From positions 137,946,156 to 138,010,155 of the forward strand of contig NC_072731.1 of assembly GCF_026930045.1 (NCBI RefSeq): a stretch of DNA of 64,000 bases, written 5' to 3'. The notes under the pieces were generated by a model that was not told where the DNA came from, did no database searches, and saw nothing but the letters and a program-made list of their open reading frames with translations. The number at the start of each line of letters is the position of its first letter. Position 1 is the stretch's first letter. The position numbers and the translations under genes were made by a program. This DNA is from Uloborus diversus (lineage: Eukaryota). Below are positions 51,651 through 63,126 of this stretch, piece by piece.

Positions 51651-52320
51651 TCCAAATGAGGTCTTACCAAACTTCTATATAAAGGCAGAAGAACTTCTTC
51701 AGATTTGTTTGAAATAGATCTATTGATAAACACAAGCATCTTATTGACTTTGTTACTAGCTATGCTGCACTGTAGGCTAAACTTTAAATCCTGACTTATT
51801 AAGATGATTAAGACCCAGATCAGTAACTTTTTCTGCCTGACTAATGACTGAACCTTGCAAATAATAACTTGTACACTTATTTCCATGCCCTAAATGTAGC
51901 ACTTGACATTTCCTAACATTAACAGCCCACTCCCTAATACGATCTAGATCCTCTTGCAGCTGATTTGCTCGTTCTTCATTTTCTACACTCCCCATAACTT
52001 TGACATCATCAGCAAAACAAGTCATGTTTCCAGGAATATTTTTATGAATATCGTTCATAAAAACAATTAACAAAACAGGCTCTACCACTGATCCTTAAGG
52101 AACCCCGATTAAAATCTCACTCCAATTAGAATAATTTTTCCTTACAACTACCTTCTGTTTCCCTCTGGTCAGCCAGTTTTTTACTCAAATGAAAGATTTC
52201 CCTCCTATTCCTATATCAGCAAATTTGCTAAGTAGAGCAACATACAGTACCTTATCGAAAGCTTTTTGAAAATCAATGTAAACAACATCTACAGGCTTCT
52301 TATTGTACAGATAGACGTAG
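51651..52320 (-). pseudogene. CR1/L2-like LINE reverse transcriptase fragment (5'-truncated element, upstream part)
   Basis: Minus strand reads YNKKPVDVVYIDFQKAFDKV...GSVVEPVLLIVFMNDIHKNIPGNMTCFADDVKV...LYRSLVRPHLEYA. These are the FxDFxKAFD and F/YADD reverse transcriptase motifs. There is one internal stop and one frameshift. Confidence 0.8.
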
Positions 52321-52863
52321 ATACAAAGAGAGATATAGCAGATAGATAAATAGAAGTAGATGTTGAGTTAAATAGTTTTATGCTGCTGCCAAATTTAACT
52401 AAGCAGCAGTCCGAGGCAATCTTGGCATTCAATAGTTAATGGCACAAGAAAGTGAACCATCTAGCCACAGAAGGGAACTAGTTAAAAGATTTAAAAATAA
52501 AAAAAGCATTAATAACGCAAAAAAAAAAAAAAAATGATGAATCACTGCAATGAATTTGAGTTATTTCCTGATCTAAACCAATTATTTAATTCAAAAGTTA
52601 TATGAATAAATCCACCGTAAGTGTTAGATGTCTTTAAAAGGCTTTTTGCTATTTTTTAGAGTGATTTGAAAGTTTAAATCAATAGTGTCTTAAAACTGGT
52701 GTCTTGAACTTAGTGACTTTTTACATTGTCTGAATACTACAGTAGGATACAAGTTGTCAAATACCCAACAAAACAACAAGGTTAAGCAATAATCTATAGA
52801 CAAACAATGGATGAAAATTTAACAAAATGCTTCAAGAATGGTAAATACTGGAAATATACATAC

Positions 52864-53024
52864 TGTTCATTTTCCTGTCGAATATAAGTTTTTGGACCAG
52901 TTTCTACACGAGTTACATTAGTAGTTTGATCAAGAACATGCAAGTAGTAATATGGCGGTATACGATAAATACTTTGCTTCTCAATATTTGTTGAAGCTTC
53001 ACCAGAACCTTTGCCTTGAGCCAT
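52864..53024 (-). CDS. MVP: MVP coding exon 1 (ATG at 53024; donor GTATGT)
   Basis: ORF-track frame reads [53 protein letters not shown] plus two bases (CA). Compare the human N-terminus [41 protein letters not shown]. An acceptor-like ttgtttag sits 2 nt before the ATG. Confidence 0.85.
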
Positions 53025-53205
53025 ATCTAAACAAAATACAGATAATTTTATAGTGAAAGCAAAATTGACATTTTTAAGAACTTCCAACTTTTTTTGAAGA
53101 TTTGAATTCAACTGTACAAAAGTCTTACAAATAATAAATCTATTTGAGACATAAAAATATTGTAGTGGCTACGAATATATTGAAACATTACCAGCTTACT
53201 CAAAT

Positions 53206-53208
<3 letters not shown>

Positions 53209-53277
<69 letters not shown>

Positions 53278-53306
53278 AGGCCAATATATATATATATATA
53301 TATAAT
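53209..53306. repeat. (TA)n microsatellite, interrupted (in the MVP 5' intron)
   Basis: (TA) of about 32 units, then TTGTTAGGCCAA, then (TA)10, then ATGTTAGGCC. The TGTTAGGCC spacer is itself duplicated. Confidence 0.95.
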
Positions 53307-54365
53307 GTTAGGCCATAAATTAGTAAGATGTTCATGTTTATTTACACAGACGTGTGTTTATTATATATAAGCCCTTGAAAGCAAAGATAATGTGAATCAA
53401 TATCAAAAATGCTATTCTTCAATTTTTCAAGGAATGATGCATGGTGAAGCAGAAATGCCATAAAATGATATCTTACAATTTACATTTACTTTTAAAATAC
53501 TGAACCACTGAACATAAGCCGGTTCACTCATGGGCTCTACAGTACTTTTTAACAATGTCCTGATATTGTGATAGCAAAACACAAATTCCTAAATGTTCAA
53601 AAGACAGTGGTGTTTGGAGTCACAAAAACAATGAAATGGATGTATAAGTTGTAAAAGGGCATGAAAACTCCCATTCTACTTTCTCTGACAGAATTAATAA
53701 ATATCAGTTATACATTTTATGTTACAAATAACTAAATATTTTTTTCCAATACACAAGAAGCAATATTTATCAAGGATTAGAATCATTTAAAAGAATTAAG
53801 TGGGCAAATTTTAAACGCTAAATAACATTGTAACATCACAAAATAAAATAAATAAAAACAGATATTTATATATAAAAACCTATTAAATCATAAAATAAAG
53901 TAACAATATCACAATAGCAGCTCTTCTTACGGTATTTTAGTGATTTTTTCAAAATGCAAACATACTTTGAGCACAAAGCACTTAAATTTTGAATTTATGA
54001 TTGCAATATGCCAAAGCAAATTTGTTTTAAACAGAAATTTAAAACTTCCAATATAATTTGCATGGAAAACAATAGCATGGATATGTAAAATAAAAACGTT
54101 ATCAATTTTCTTTTCAAAGAATATTATTATTTTTTAAATCAATTGTCTGAATAACCATTTAAGCATTTGTAATGGAAAAAAACCCTTCAATGACCAAAAT
54201 ATAAAAAAATACCCTTCTCAATCATACTTCTATTTTTCCAAGCAGACATGCACGAAGAGAAAGATACAATCAGCAGCCGCAATATATATGAATCTTGTGC
54301 AACCGCCTACTAATAACTTTATCTTTTTTTTATTTTTGATAGCAGACAGGATTTTGGTAACTTAC

Positions 54366-54420
54366 CGGTTGTTTCGTTTGTTTGCGTTGATTGCCTCGAA
54401 ATGACGCAATCGAATTATTA
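54366..54420 (-). other. MVP: putative MVP non-coding 5' exon (donor GTAAGT at 54364-54365)
   Basis: The minus strand shows a strong donor caaccg|GTAAGTTACC. It would pair with the acceptor ttgtttag that lies 2 nt before the MVP ATG. A minus-strand TATAAAT lies about 30 bp upstream at 54446-54452. This is inferred only. Confidence 0.3.
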
Positions 54421-54445
54421 ATGCCACCGTCAACCTAACAATAAA

Positions 54446-54452
54446 ATTTATA
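54446..54452 (-). promoter_or_regulatory. TATA-like box (TATAAAT) upstream of the putative MVP 5' exon
   Basis: Seen in the sequence. Its position fits a transcription start near 54420. Confidence 0.25.
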
Positions 54453-54660
54453 AGTAGTTTAAAATTCAAAACTCTTATTAATCACCTTTGAAACTAGATT
54501 CAAAACAGCTGAAAACTTTCGGAAAACTAATTTCTTTAGTGCCTTAAGTTCAAAATTGCAAGTTTTTTGAGGTTTAATAAAATGAAGGAAACCATGGAGG
54601 AAGAAGTTGTGCCTCTAGTCTACCCCGCCTCTTACTCCCCTCACCCTACCAATGACATGT

Positions 54661-54680
54661 AAATAAATAGATTTAAAAGG
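54661..54680 (+). promoter_or_regulatory. TATA-like motifs (AAATAAATA and TTTAAAAGG) 55-75 bp upstream of the ROGDI-like ATG
   Basis: Seen in the sequence. They lie in the ~300-bp interval between the two divergently oriented genes. Confidence 0.25.
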
Positions 54681-54733
54681 AGCGCGATTTCTTGTTTATG
54701 AAACTAATGTTTTATTAAAAAAACATTTTCCGA

Positions 54734-54766
54734 TATGTCTGAAATCGATGATGAAGTTCTTTCGTT
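54734..54766 (+). CDS. ROGDI: ROGDI-like gene, coding exon 1 (ATG; donor GTAAGT)
   Basis: Reads MSEIDDEVLSL followed by GTAAGT. An in-frame stop lies 6 codons upstream. Joined to exon 2 it gives MSEIDDEVLSLHQEFDWLLQEEVTVILEELQGIIV. Compare the human ROGDI N-terminus ...[30 protein letters not shown]. Confidence 0.6.
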
Positions 54767-57129
54767 AGTAAGTCTTTTCAGTTTCATTTTTACAATAAAA
54801 TATTCAGAATTCTACTCTTTGAAATGGGAGAGTGTTATGCTTTATATACCCCCTGAAGTATACAAATTTTAAATAATGCCTTTCATAAGTTGCATTAAAA
54901 CTAACGGGGATTATTCGATAAAGGTGCTTTTCCAAATGTCGCCAAATTTTGGCGATAAATTGGGACGCCTTTTAAATAAATCGGTTACTAATTTGTGCAG
55001 TGTTAGAAATTAATGATCTTTTGATCGAATGATGGCTTTTTAATGTTTAATATTGCCCTTTTTAATGAGCTCAAATACTCAGAGGCGCTCTGGGTGCTGC
55101 TGAGTTAGTTTTAGTAAATGTATTGTATCGATTCACAATGCATAGCCTTCACGTTTTTTGTAACGCCAATTCATACCACGGTCTGCCTTCGACCCTTTTT
55201 CAAACTTTAAAATATAGAGGAAGATAGTGTACCTTTCAATCAATTTTGAAAGCACTAAAGTTCATTTTATGAAACTATGTTTTGTGACCCCAGGTGCTCC
55301 AAAGTATTGTACCTAAGCCACAGGCCATGTTGGAATAAAGTAACAGTTTGAATAAAATGAGAGAAAGGGGGTTCAACCGAAGCAAGCACTGCGACCAGAA
55401 GTCTATTGTACTAGTCCCCAAACAGAAGTCTTAAAACAGACCAATAGCTGAAGCAAAATTTAACGAACACCTAATAGGAATGTTATGAATCACCTATGAT
55501 TCAAGCAAATGAGGACCAAGGCATTCGAACCTATAGGCCAGTGGTTCCCAACCAGCGAGAAGTTTTCAAGGGGTTCGCAAAAAAAAAAAAATATTGTAAT
55601 GGCAGATTTATCATGCCTGTTTCTGATAAAGTTTCATGTTCAAGCAGTTTTAAGCAAATTTTGCTCTTTTTTATTCATTTGGCTCTCACACATTCAATAC
55701 TCTTAGCATGAAAATATTTCATACTTCCTGACATATTTTACATTTAAATAATTTAGTTTGTTGTTGCAAACTGCCAGTTTTAGCGCTTCCATTGAGAATG
55801 ATAGCCCTGAAGCCATGCTAAAAAAGCTCTACTTATGAATACAATGCCTGCAGATGAAAGAATTTGAAAGCGTTCGTTTCTTCAGAAGCGTTTTATCGGA
55901 AAGATTGATTAAAGTTGATGAAAACATCACATGGAGCATATGCGAGCATCTAAAATTATTTTGTTTTTTAGTTTCTTTACCATTTGAGTCTGGTGAAGAG
56001 CTATCCCTTTTCTCTTGTGTTGAGTCAATGCATATAAGTGAGATTTCGCTGTTATTAGTTGCTATAATTTTCTACATAGACTACAATTTACTTCGAGCTG
56101 TATTGTTGAAAAAGGAAAAGTTTGGCTAGCAACTAAAAAACACCACAGGAAGTGTGAAAAATTAATTGAGCGCTATAGAAAATTTTGTGGTTGAAAGTTT
56201 GGCATTATGAGGTTTACTCAGTAAAAAAAATATAATTAACCATGCAACATAATTTCTGCTTATATGTAAATAAAGAATTAATGAAATTTGTATAGAAAAT
56301 TACTCTTGTAGTAAGTGAGCTTAAAAATATTTATTTTGATAAAAATTACCTTTTGTGTAAAAATTAGAGTAAATGTGTATATTGAAAATAGACTCTTCTA
56401 TTATTTTCAATGTACGCATTCTTCACAATTACAAGAAAATTCTCCAACAATCAGACGATTAATGTGCAGGGTATATTTTTATCAAACAGCTAGGCACATA
56501 GTTCTTTTCAGGAAGACTTAAACATAAAGATATTTCTCATTTTACTGTAAGAAAAAAGTTCATTTAGTTAATCTGAGACAGTTCCCTGAAAGGTATTTTG
56601 AAGGTCATTCTTTAATTGACTTCTTATTTAGTTAAAATATTTATGAATGTACCCTTGTGTCAGGAAAATTTCAGATAATCTTTGAATCTCTTTGTTCCAC
56701 AAATATCACATTTTAAAAATTTTTTCAAAGTTGATTGAAGCTCAACATGGAATAATCAATGCGTTTATTTTTTGGTGAATTTATTTTGCATTTTATTTTT
56801 TAGCAATCATTTTAAGTTTGTAGCAATATTTGTAATTCTATATTTTGCAATTATGTTTTCGTTCTACTTATAAATTATGTAACAACATCAAACTAAAAAA
56901 GATCTCCCAAATTTTACTGTCTGTGTGTGTGTGCGCACATTTTTTCTTTTTACTTGTTACTAAATACCTAGTCCCCAAGGGGTTTGCTGACGTCTTTCAG
57001 AGTTTGGAAGGGGTTTGCATTTTGCAGGAAAGAAAAGGTTGGGAACCTCTGTTAGGCAAAAAACACTTCAGAATCACACATGATGTGAGTAACAGTTTCC
57101 TCAAAAAAGAGGCAACCCCAGAAAGTTGG

Positions 57130-58190
57130 ATCCTTATTGACACCCATTAAAGCAAGGTGCAATGACAAATAAGAAGACTAAAAGTCTTCCTAATACTATT
57201 TTTACTAAGCAGCCTTTTGCATTTTCGGCATGTGATCCCCGGAAAGAATCAGGACTGTCCTTCTTAGGATGACCAGCTGAATATGTTCAATGTCATTGTG
57301 AGATAACTTCTCCGAGGGTTGGTTTCTCTCACAACATCCATCATAAGCATATTCCATACTTGAGCATAGGACTGTGGTTGATCTGTTCTTACTCTTAAAG
57401 ATGCAGCGGTTTGTGCAGGCGAAGGAGTTGAAACCTCCAACCAAAAATTTTTGGTTTCTCTTACCTTCTCATGAAAGACCGGCTCAGTGATTTTCACCTC
57501 CTCTGAAATCCACTCCCTCTCCCGCCTGCACTTGTTACATTTTTGTGCAAAATTGAGTACTCCCTGTCCCCTTACTCTCTGCTTCGGTGGATTGCAAACT
57601 TGCACCCTCACCTCCTCAAGCAGCAAGGTTGCTGGTTTTCTCCTTCAAGCCAGCTTCCAACTCCATGAGAGCTGGGAACTGTGAGGTGGTAAACGGTCAA
57701 CACCCGCTCAACCACCCTGTACGAGTTTAAGGCAAAGTGCAACAAGGTTTCGCCCGGTTCCTCTATGGGACCATTTAAGACATCATACAACCCAGATACC
57801 ATCCATCCATTAGCCTCACACCTTAGATTAGGTGTCTATTTTAGTCGCCTCTTACGACACGCATGGACTACGTTGGGACTATTCTGCTCCCGGTCACCAC
57901 ACGGAGAAGCAACAGGTTAACCTAGTCTCACTACCAGTCACTAGCCAAAAGCCTCCTAAATAGAGTCTCCGGTTAGCTGTTCTTATATTAAAACATTTTA
58001 GGAATACCAACCACTGATGTCATCAACCAGCGTGAGATCAACTTCTGTTTTTACCTGACAACTGTGAAGTGAACCTTGAGATCCAAGCCAGTTTGTATGT
58101 GGAGAAGGGGGGGGGGATGGGCTACTATCACTCACTTCCAAAAATAAAGGGACCTTGTCTCCCCCCCCCCCTTCCATAGTAATTGTTCAA
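57130..58190. other. compositionally distinct GC-rich island (about 48% GC versus about 30% background)
   Basis: About 1 kb bounded by G/C homopolymers near 58110-58160. The ORFs inside show no recognisable domains. Possibly a transposon or LTR fragment, or organelle-derived DNA. Confidence 0.3.
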
Positions 58191-59180
58191 CATATTTTAC
58201 ATTAAAAACATTAGATGATAATGGAAACCTTTCAACCAAAGCAAAAATAAAATCTTATATTTTCTAAACACTACAGCATATTTATAAATCTAAAAATGTA
58301 TTGAATGTTTAGGGGAACTTATCCTAATTTTAAGAGCAAGCTGAATGGGTTCATTAGTTCAGATTGCATTGTTATCTAGGGTTTTTGCCTTCTTTTTTCC
58401 AATCAAATAATTGAATATATTTCAGAACTTTTGTTGACTCTTAGCTGATAAACATAGAAAACTGCCAATGATAATTCTAGGAAATAGGGGTATACCACTG
58501 TTTTCTAGAATTATATGGTTGAAGGATTGGTTATTGTAGATTTGAAAAAAAAAAAAAATCTGCTTTAAACCAAAGAAAGCTAATTTAAATTTTAAAAATC
58601 TGGCTTTTTTATTTATTAATCTTTTTAAATAAAAAAAATCACAAAACCTGGATTTGAGGTAATTTTTATGTTTAGAGTTAGAATAAAAGCAGTATATGTC
58701 TAAGAGGTACACAGTACTGTTAAAATAAATTCTTGTTACATGTGACTTTGTATGCTTTTATTGGAAATTTTTATTACAATGGAGCACAGGTTAAACTTAT
58801 TTTTATGGACTGTTTTTTAAACAGGTATAATATTTAAGCCTTAAGTATAATATTTAAGTCATAAAATAAGTAAAAATCAAATGCAACAAAAACCGACTTA
58901 AACCGTCGCTTGTATCTCTCAGATATAAACAGCAGCTGTGCAAAATGCTATTGATACTAGAAAATTTCCAATGATGACTAAAAGTAGGTCTAAGGGAGGT
59001 TAAAGAATTATAAAACCAAATGTTAATAGAATTATATGACCTTAAGATAGAAAATAAAACTACTTCTTAGTGTATTTCTCAATTACTCACATCTGCTGCA
59101 AGATTAAAAGACTGAAATTTTGAAATTATGTATTGCATTTTGTAAAGAAATTTTATCACATTTGTTTTATATTCATACAG

Positions 59181-59252
59181 CATCAAGAATTTGATTGGCT
59201 TCTTCAGGAAGAAGTTACTGTAATTTTGGAGGAATTACAAGGCATTATAGTT
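59181..59252 (+). CDS. ROGDI: ROGDI-like coding exon 2
   Basis: Acceptor catacag, donor GTAAGT. Reads HQEFDWLLQEEVTVILEELQGIIV. Confidence 0.65.
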
Positions 59253-59268
59253 GTAAGTTCATCATACA

Positions 59269-59483
59269 TATGAGGCCCCTAGTTTCAAAACCAGATACTT
59301 GCAAAAAATTCGATTTTCTTTTTTTTTTTTTGTTAATCTTGAAGAGAATCATAAGGCCTATTTGCCTGCTCAATATTAGGTTCAAAAACTGCTTCTTTCC
59401 CCCTTGAAATGGGGCGGACTTTTACGTCTCCTGTAAAATTTGGTTTTCTACAAGTATCCGGTTTTGAAACTAGGGGCCTCATA
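59269..59483. mobile_element. Stowaway-like MITE (about 215 bp)
   Basis: A 33-bp inverted repeat TATGAGGCCCCTAGTTTCAAAACC(A/G)GATACTTG sits at 59269-59301 and 59451-59483. Flanks are TA-rich. It begins 15 bp after the ROGDI-like exon 2 donor. Confidence 0.6.
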
Positions 59484-59702
59484 TAGAAAATTAAAAATGT
59501 GAGTTAGCTTATGTGTTCTTGTATGTATCAAATAGTGTTTCCCCCTGACCAAAAAAGGGGCTGGGTGCTTGCATCAGATAAAAGGTCACTTTAATAAATT
59601 TAAAAGGGCAGTTTTTGATTGATGTTTTATAGTAGAAAAGTTTTTTTATTTTATTTTTTTTTTCAATTTTGGTGTACTATATGCACATAAAATGCATGTA
59701 TT

Positions 59703-59705
<3 letters not shown>

Positions 59706-59788
<83 letters not shown>
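59706..59788. repeat. (TA)n microsatellite
   Basis: About 40 TA units, seen directly. It lies about 60 bp from the left end of the second mariner. Confidence 0.95.
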
Positions 59789-59791
<3 letters not shown>

Positions 59792-59846
59792 ATGAAAAGA
59801 TTTTCAATGCTTGGTTTAAAAATTATGCCAAAAACATTCAGATTTG

Positions 59847-61175
59847 TATACGAGGTGTGGCTAGAAAAAAACCGAACTGATGCTATAAAAAAAATTTATT
59901 TTCCATTATTTACAATTTGATGTTATCTCCTTCAATGTACTCTCCTCCTCGGTCTATACACCGCTCCATACGAATTTTCCACTGTTCATAGCAATGCTGC
60001 AGATCATTTTCGGTAAGTCCATACATTACTTCCGTCGCTTTTTCTTTTACTGCTTCAACACTCTCAAATCTAGTTCCTTTCAAAGCTGATTTGACTTTAG
60101 GGAAAAGAAAATAATCACAGGGGCCAAATCAGGTGAGTAGGGTGGATAGTCTAAGATGGGAATGTTGTGATTGGCTAAAAACGTCTTCACTGACAACGCA
60201 TTGTGAGCTGGGGCATTGTCTTGGTGCAGGATCCATGTCTTTTTTTTTCCACAAATCATTCCGTTTTCTCCGTACTCGCTCACGTAGGGTAGTCAGGACG
60301 CTAATGTAGTAATGCTGATTCACTGTTTGTCCCTCTGGTACCCAATCAATGTGTACAATCCCTTTGACATCAAAAAAAACAATCATCATTGCCTTGAATT
60401 TAGATTTTGACATTCGTGCTTTTTTTTGTCGTGGAGAATCAGGAGATTTCCAATGCATCGACTGGCGTTTGGTTTCAGGATCGTAGGTAAAAAACCACGA
60501 TTCATCACAAGTAATAACATTTTGTAAAAAGGTGGGATTTCTTTCAATGTTTTCTAGGATGTCAGAACAAATCATTCTTCGGCGTTCCTTCTGTTCAATT
60601 GTGAGACACTTTGGAACCATTTTTGCACACACTTTGTTCATGTCGAAACTTTCATGAAGATTCTGCCTAACTCTTTCCTTGTCAATTCCTGTCAACTCAG
60701 ACATTGCTCTGATTGTTAAACGGCGATCTTCTCGAACAAGTTTACCGATTTTTTCAATGTTTGCATCAGTTTTTGCTGACAATGGTCTGCCAGTGCGAGC
60801 GTCATCACTTGTGTCTTCGCGGCCATCTTTAAATCGTTTAAACCACTCAAACACTTGTGTTCGCGATAAACAATCATTGCCATAAACTTGTTGCAACATT
60901 ACAAACGTTTCACTTGCTGATTTTCCAAGTTTGAAAAGAAATTTGATGTTAACACGCTGTTCTTTCTGTACACTCAACATTTTTCCGACACACAGACAAA
61001 ACGTCAACTACTTAGAACAGACGCCACAGGCAGACTGAGTGCAGGAGGCAGATGAAACTCGAGCAGTAGGTGGAGCAAGAGTCACGTCACAGGCCAGGCG
61101 ACTTTCAGCCTTATTGCATTCGTTTTATTGTTTCACCTGTGCTAGTTCGGTTTTTTTCTAGCCGCACCTTGTATT
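59847..61175 (-). mobile_element. second mariner-family element, near full length
   Basis: Inverted repeats TACGAGGTGTGGCTAGAAAAAAACCGAACT at 59849-59878 and GCTAGTTCGGTTTTTTTCTAGCCGCACCTTGTA at 61141-61173 match at 28 of 30 positions. They share the TACGAGG start with the other mariner. Confidence 0.8.
59910..60980 (-). pseudogene. mariner transposase with two frameshifts in homopolymer runs
   Basis: The ORF runs MLSVQKEQRVNIKF...ITCDESWFF...WKKK and then shifts at a T9 run near 60241-60250. The next frame gives TWILHQDNAPAH...YSPDLAP. It shifts again at a C-run near 60120 and then reads FFPKVKSALKGTRFESVEAVKEKATEVMYGLTENDLQHCYEQWKIRMERCIDRGGEYIEGDNIKL to the stop. Confidence 0.8.
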
Positions 61176-63039
61176 CTAACCAGATTCTACTGGATTATTG
61201 AAATGAGGGAGTTATGTTTCAACACCAGACTTGTGTGAATATTTAGCTTTTGAAAAAATAATTGCTCTTGTGATTAAGATTTATCATAATTTCTAAGGAG
61301 CAAGGAGGGCACATCAAACGTTAATTTAAAAGGGGCAGGGCGCAGTGCCCTCCTAAAAAGGTCTGGGGGAAACTAATCAAAGGAAGAGAAATAAGTAAAT
61401 TCTTGTATTTTATTTAATTCTGAAAAGAATAGTTTTAAAATTTAAACTGTATACATACTCGCTAAAAAAGAAGTTATGTTGCTCACTATAGACCTGAAAA
61501 TATCCACTATCCACTTGCTATGATTGAAAAAAAACGGCAACTTTTTTTCCTGCATTTTTTCTCTTTTATTACTTTCTTTTCACAATATGAGTTTTTTTTT
61601 TCACTCACATTTTTCAGTTTATGAAATGTATCAGAATTATTGCTAAGCAGAGCTTTTCAACCCATAATTCACTAGTAGTACATTTTGTCTTAATATGACA
61701 CATCATACAACATGCTGCTATTGCAATTAAATAAGCACATAATGTACCAGACAGCCTGGTTATCACATCCATAGACTGCCATTTCATTCTTACCAGAACT
61801 CATCAGTCTGGAATGGTGAATAACCAAGCTGGAGGCAGATGTCATCTCATTCAAGCTGAGAGTTCCAACAATAGCTCATTATAAGAAGTATCCTTAACCA
61901 AAAAATTGCTGAAAAATTATGGAAAACTAATTTATATTGTTATCCATAATGGTTCTTTACATTGAAATATATCACAACTAAATTCCAAAGTTTAAAATTA
62001 TGAAAATAAAGTGCAAATACAGGCATAAGAATTTCTAATTTGTACAAATGGATTGAGCAAAGTATGAAAGATAATTGAAGTAAGGTTTTCATACTGACTC
62101 AAAAATTTTCAAGTGTTATACCGTATTACCCTGCATTATCCGGCATGCCGCAAAATTCGGAGGTCACCAGATTTTCAATAACACTCTTCTGGTCCTTTCC
62201 GGCATGCAAGAAAAATCGAGGTGAGAGAAAAAAAAATAATATTATAAAAAAAAATATGTTCAGCTTAAAAATGAATGTAAGGTCTGTACATATAAGTATT
62301 AACAGTTTAATTTTGTAAAAATATTAACAAACATTTTCATTTGTTATTTTAACAAGAAAAATATTGTTTAATAACAAATAATTTATAAAAATTAAATAAA
62401 CATATACCATGTCTATTCAATAAATAAAAATTAAACTTGCTCTCTAAAAAAAAAACCTAAAATAATTTATTTAAAAAAATCATGAACAAATTGCTGTATC
62501 GATGATTGCTTCTTGATTGATTACTTTATTGGCATAAATAACAAGCAGATATTATATGCAACACATATTTTTTTTTTGAAAGAAGGTTACTTTTGAAATC
62601 TAATTTTTTTTCTTACAGTAGTTTGCTTTCTGATTTACTTTTGTTTTGTTGCAAAATAAACCTTGAATTATCCAGCATGCTGCAAAATTCAAATTTTCCG
62701 GCATGCTGGTCAACCTCGCTTTTTTCTGGCATGCCCGATAATACGGGGTAATACAACATTCAGTTTACTCACTGTTGTGATTTTACAAATATTTAATCAG
62801 TGCTGTGCTGCTTTTATGTTCTATGTTATGGACTCTCATTGTAAAATATGCTTCAAATGACCTCACCCTCTTCTCTCTTTTTTTTTTCTTTGATGATTCT
62901 ATTTTTAAAATTTGATTTATAGCTTCATAGACTCCTCTCAAAATTCTGATTGATTTAATTTAAAGTCCATTATAATTCATGGTTTTCTCATTCATGTATA
63001 AAAAGATGTATAAATATCTCATAAATTGATACTTTTCTA

Positions 63040-63126
63040 GGAATGTGCAAGGAGATTTTCCACTCCAGTTTCACATGATCCTGAATCTCTTGTCAAAAAT
63101 GAAAAATTTCTCCTTACTAATACAAG
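63040..63126 (+). CDS. ROGDI: ROGDI-like candidate coding exon (phase does not join exon 2 directly)
   Basis: Acceptor ttttctag. The frame from 63041 reads NVQGDFPTPVSHDPESLVKNEKFLLTNT(R). Human ROGDI has [25 protein letters not shown]. The donor GTTAGC is weak. The incoming phase needs 2 bases that exon 2, which ends in phase 0, does not supply. Confidence 0.4.

Larger units (their letters stand above)
10593..53024 (-). other. MVP: major vault protein gene, CDS span (14 coding exons)
   Basis: Spliced minus-strand translation gives about 877 aa that align along the full length of vertebrate MVP, from the N-terminal [12 protein letters not shown]...VGPKTYIRQ block to the C-terminal [22 protein letters not shown] block. 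All exon junctions are AG/GT with consistent phases. The introns are packed with transposons. Confidence 0.9.

Noticed and set aside
52320-52440. GATA-type microsatellite at both the 5' truncation point and the 3' end of the LINE, as possible target-site duplication
   Set aside because: The two tracts are not identical. They more likely reflect the LINE's own 3' microsatellite and a similar target preference. No exact duplication could be defined.
55496-55711. Overlapping plus-strand ORFs (MRTKAFEPIGQWFPTSEKF...) next to an A13 run
   Set aside because: Possibly a SINE-like insertion (GGTTCCCAACC motif plus a poly-A). The evidence is too thin to annotate.
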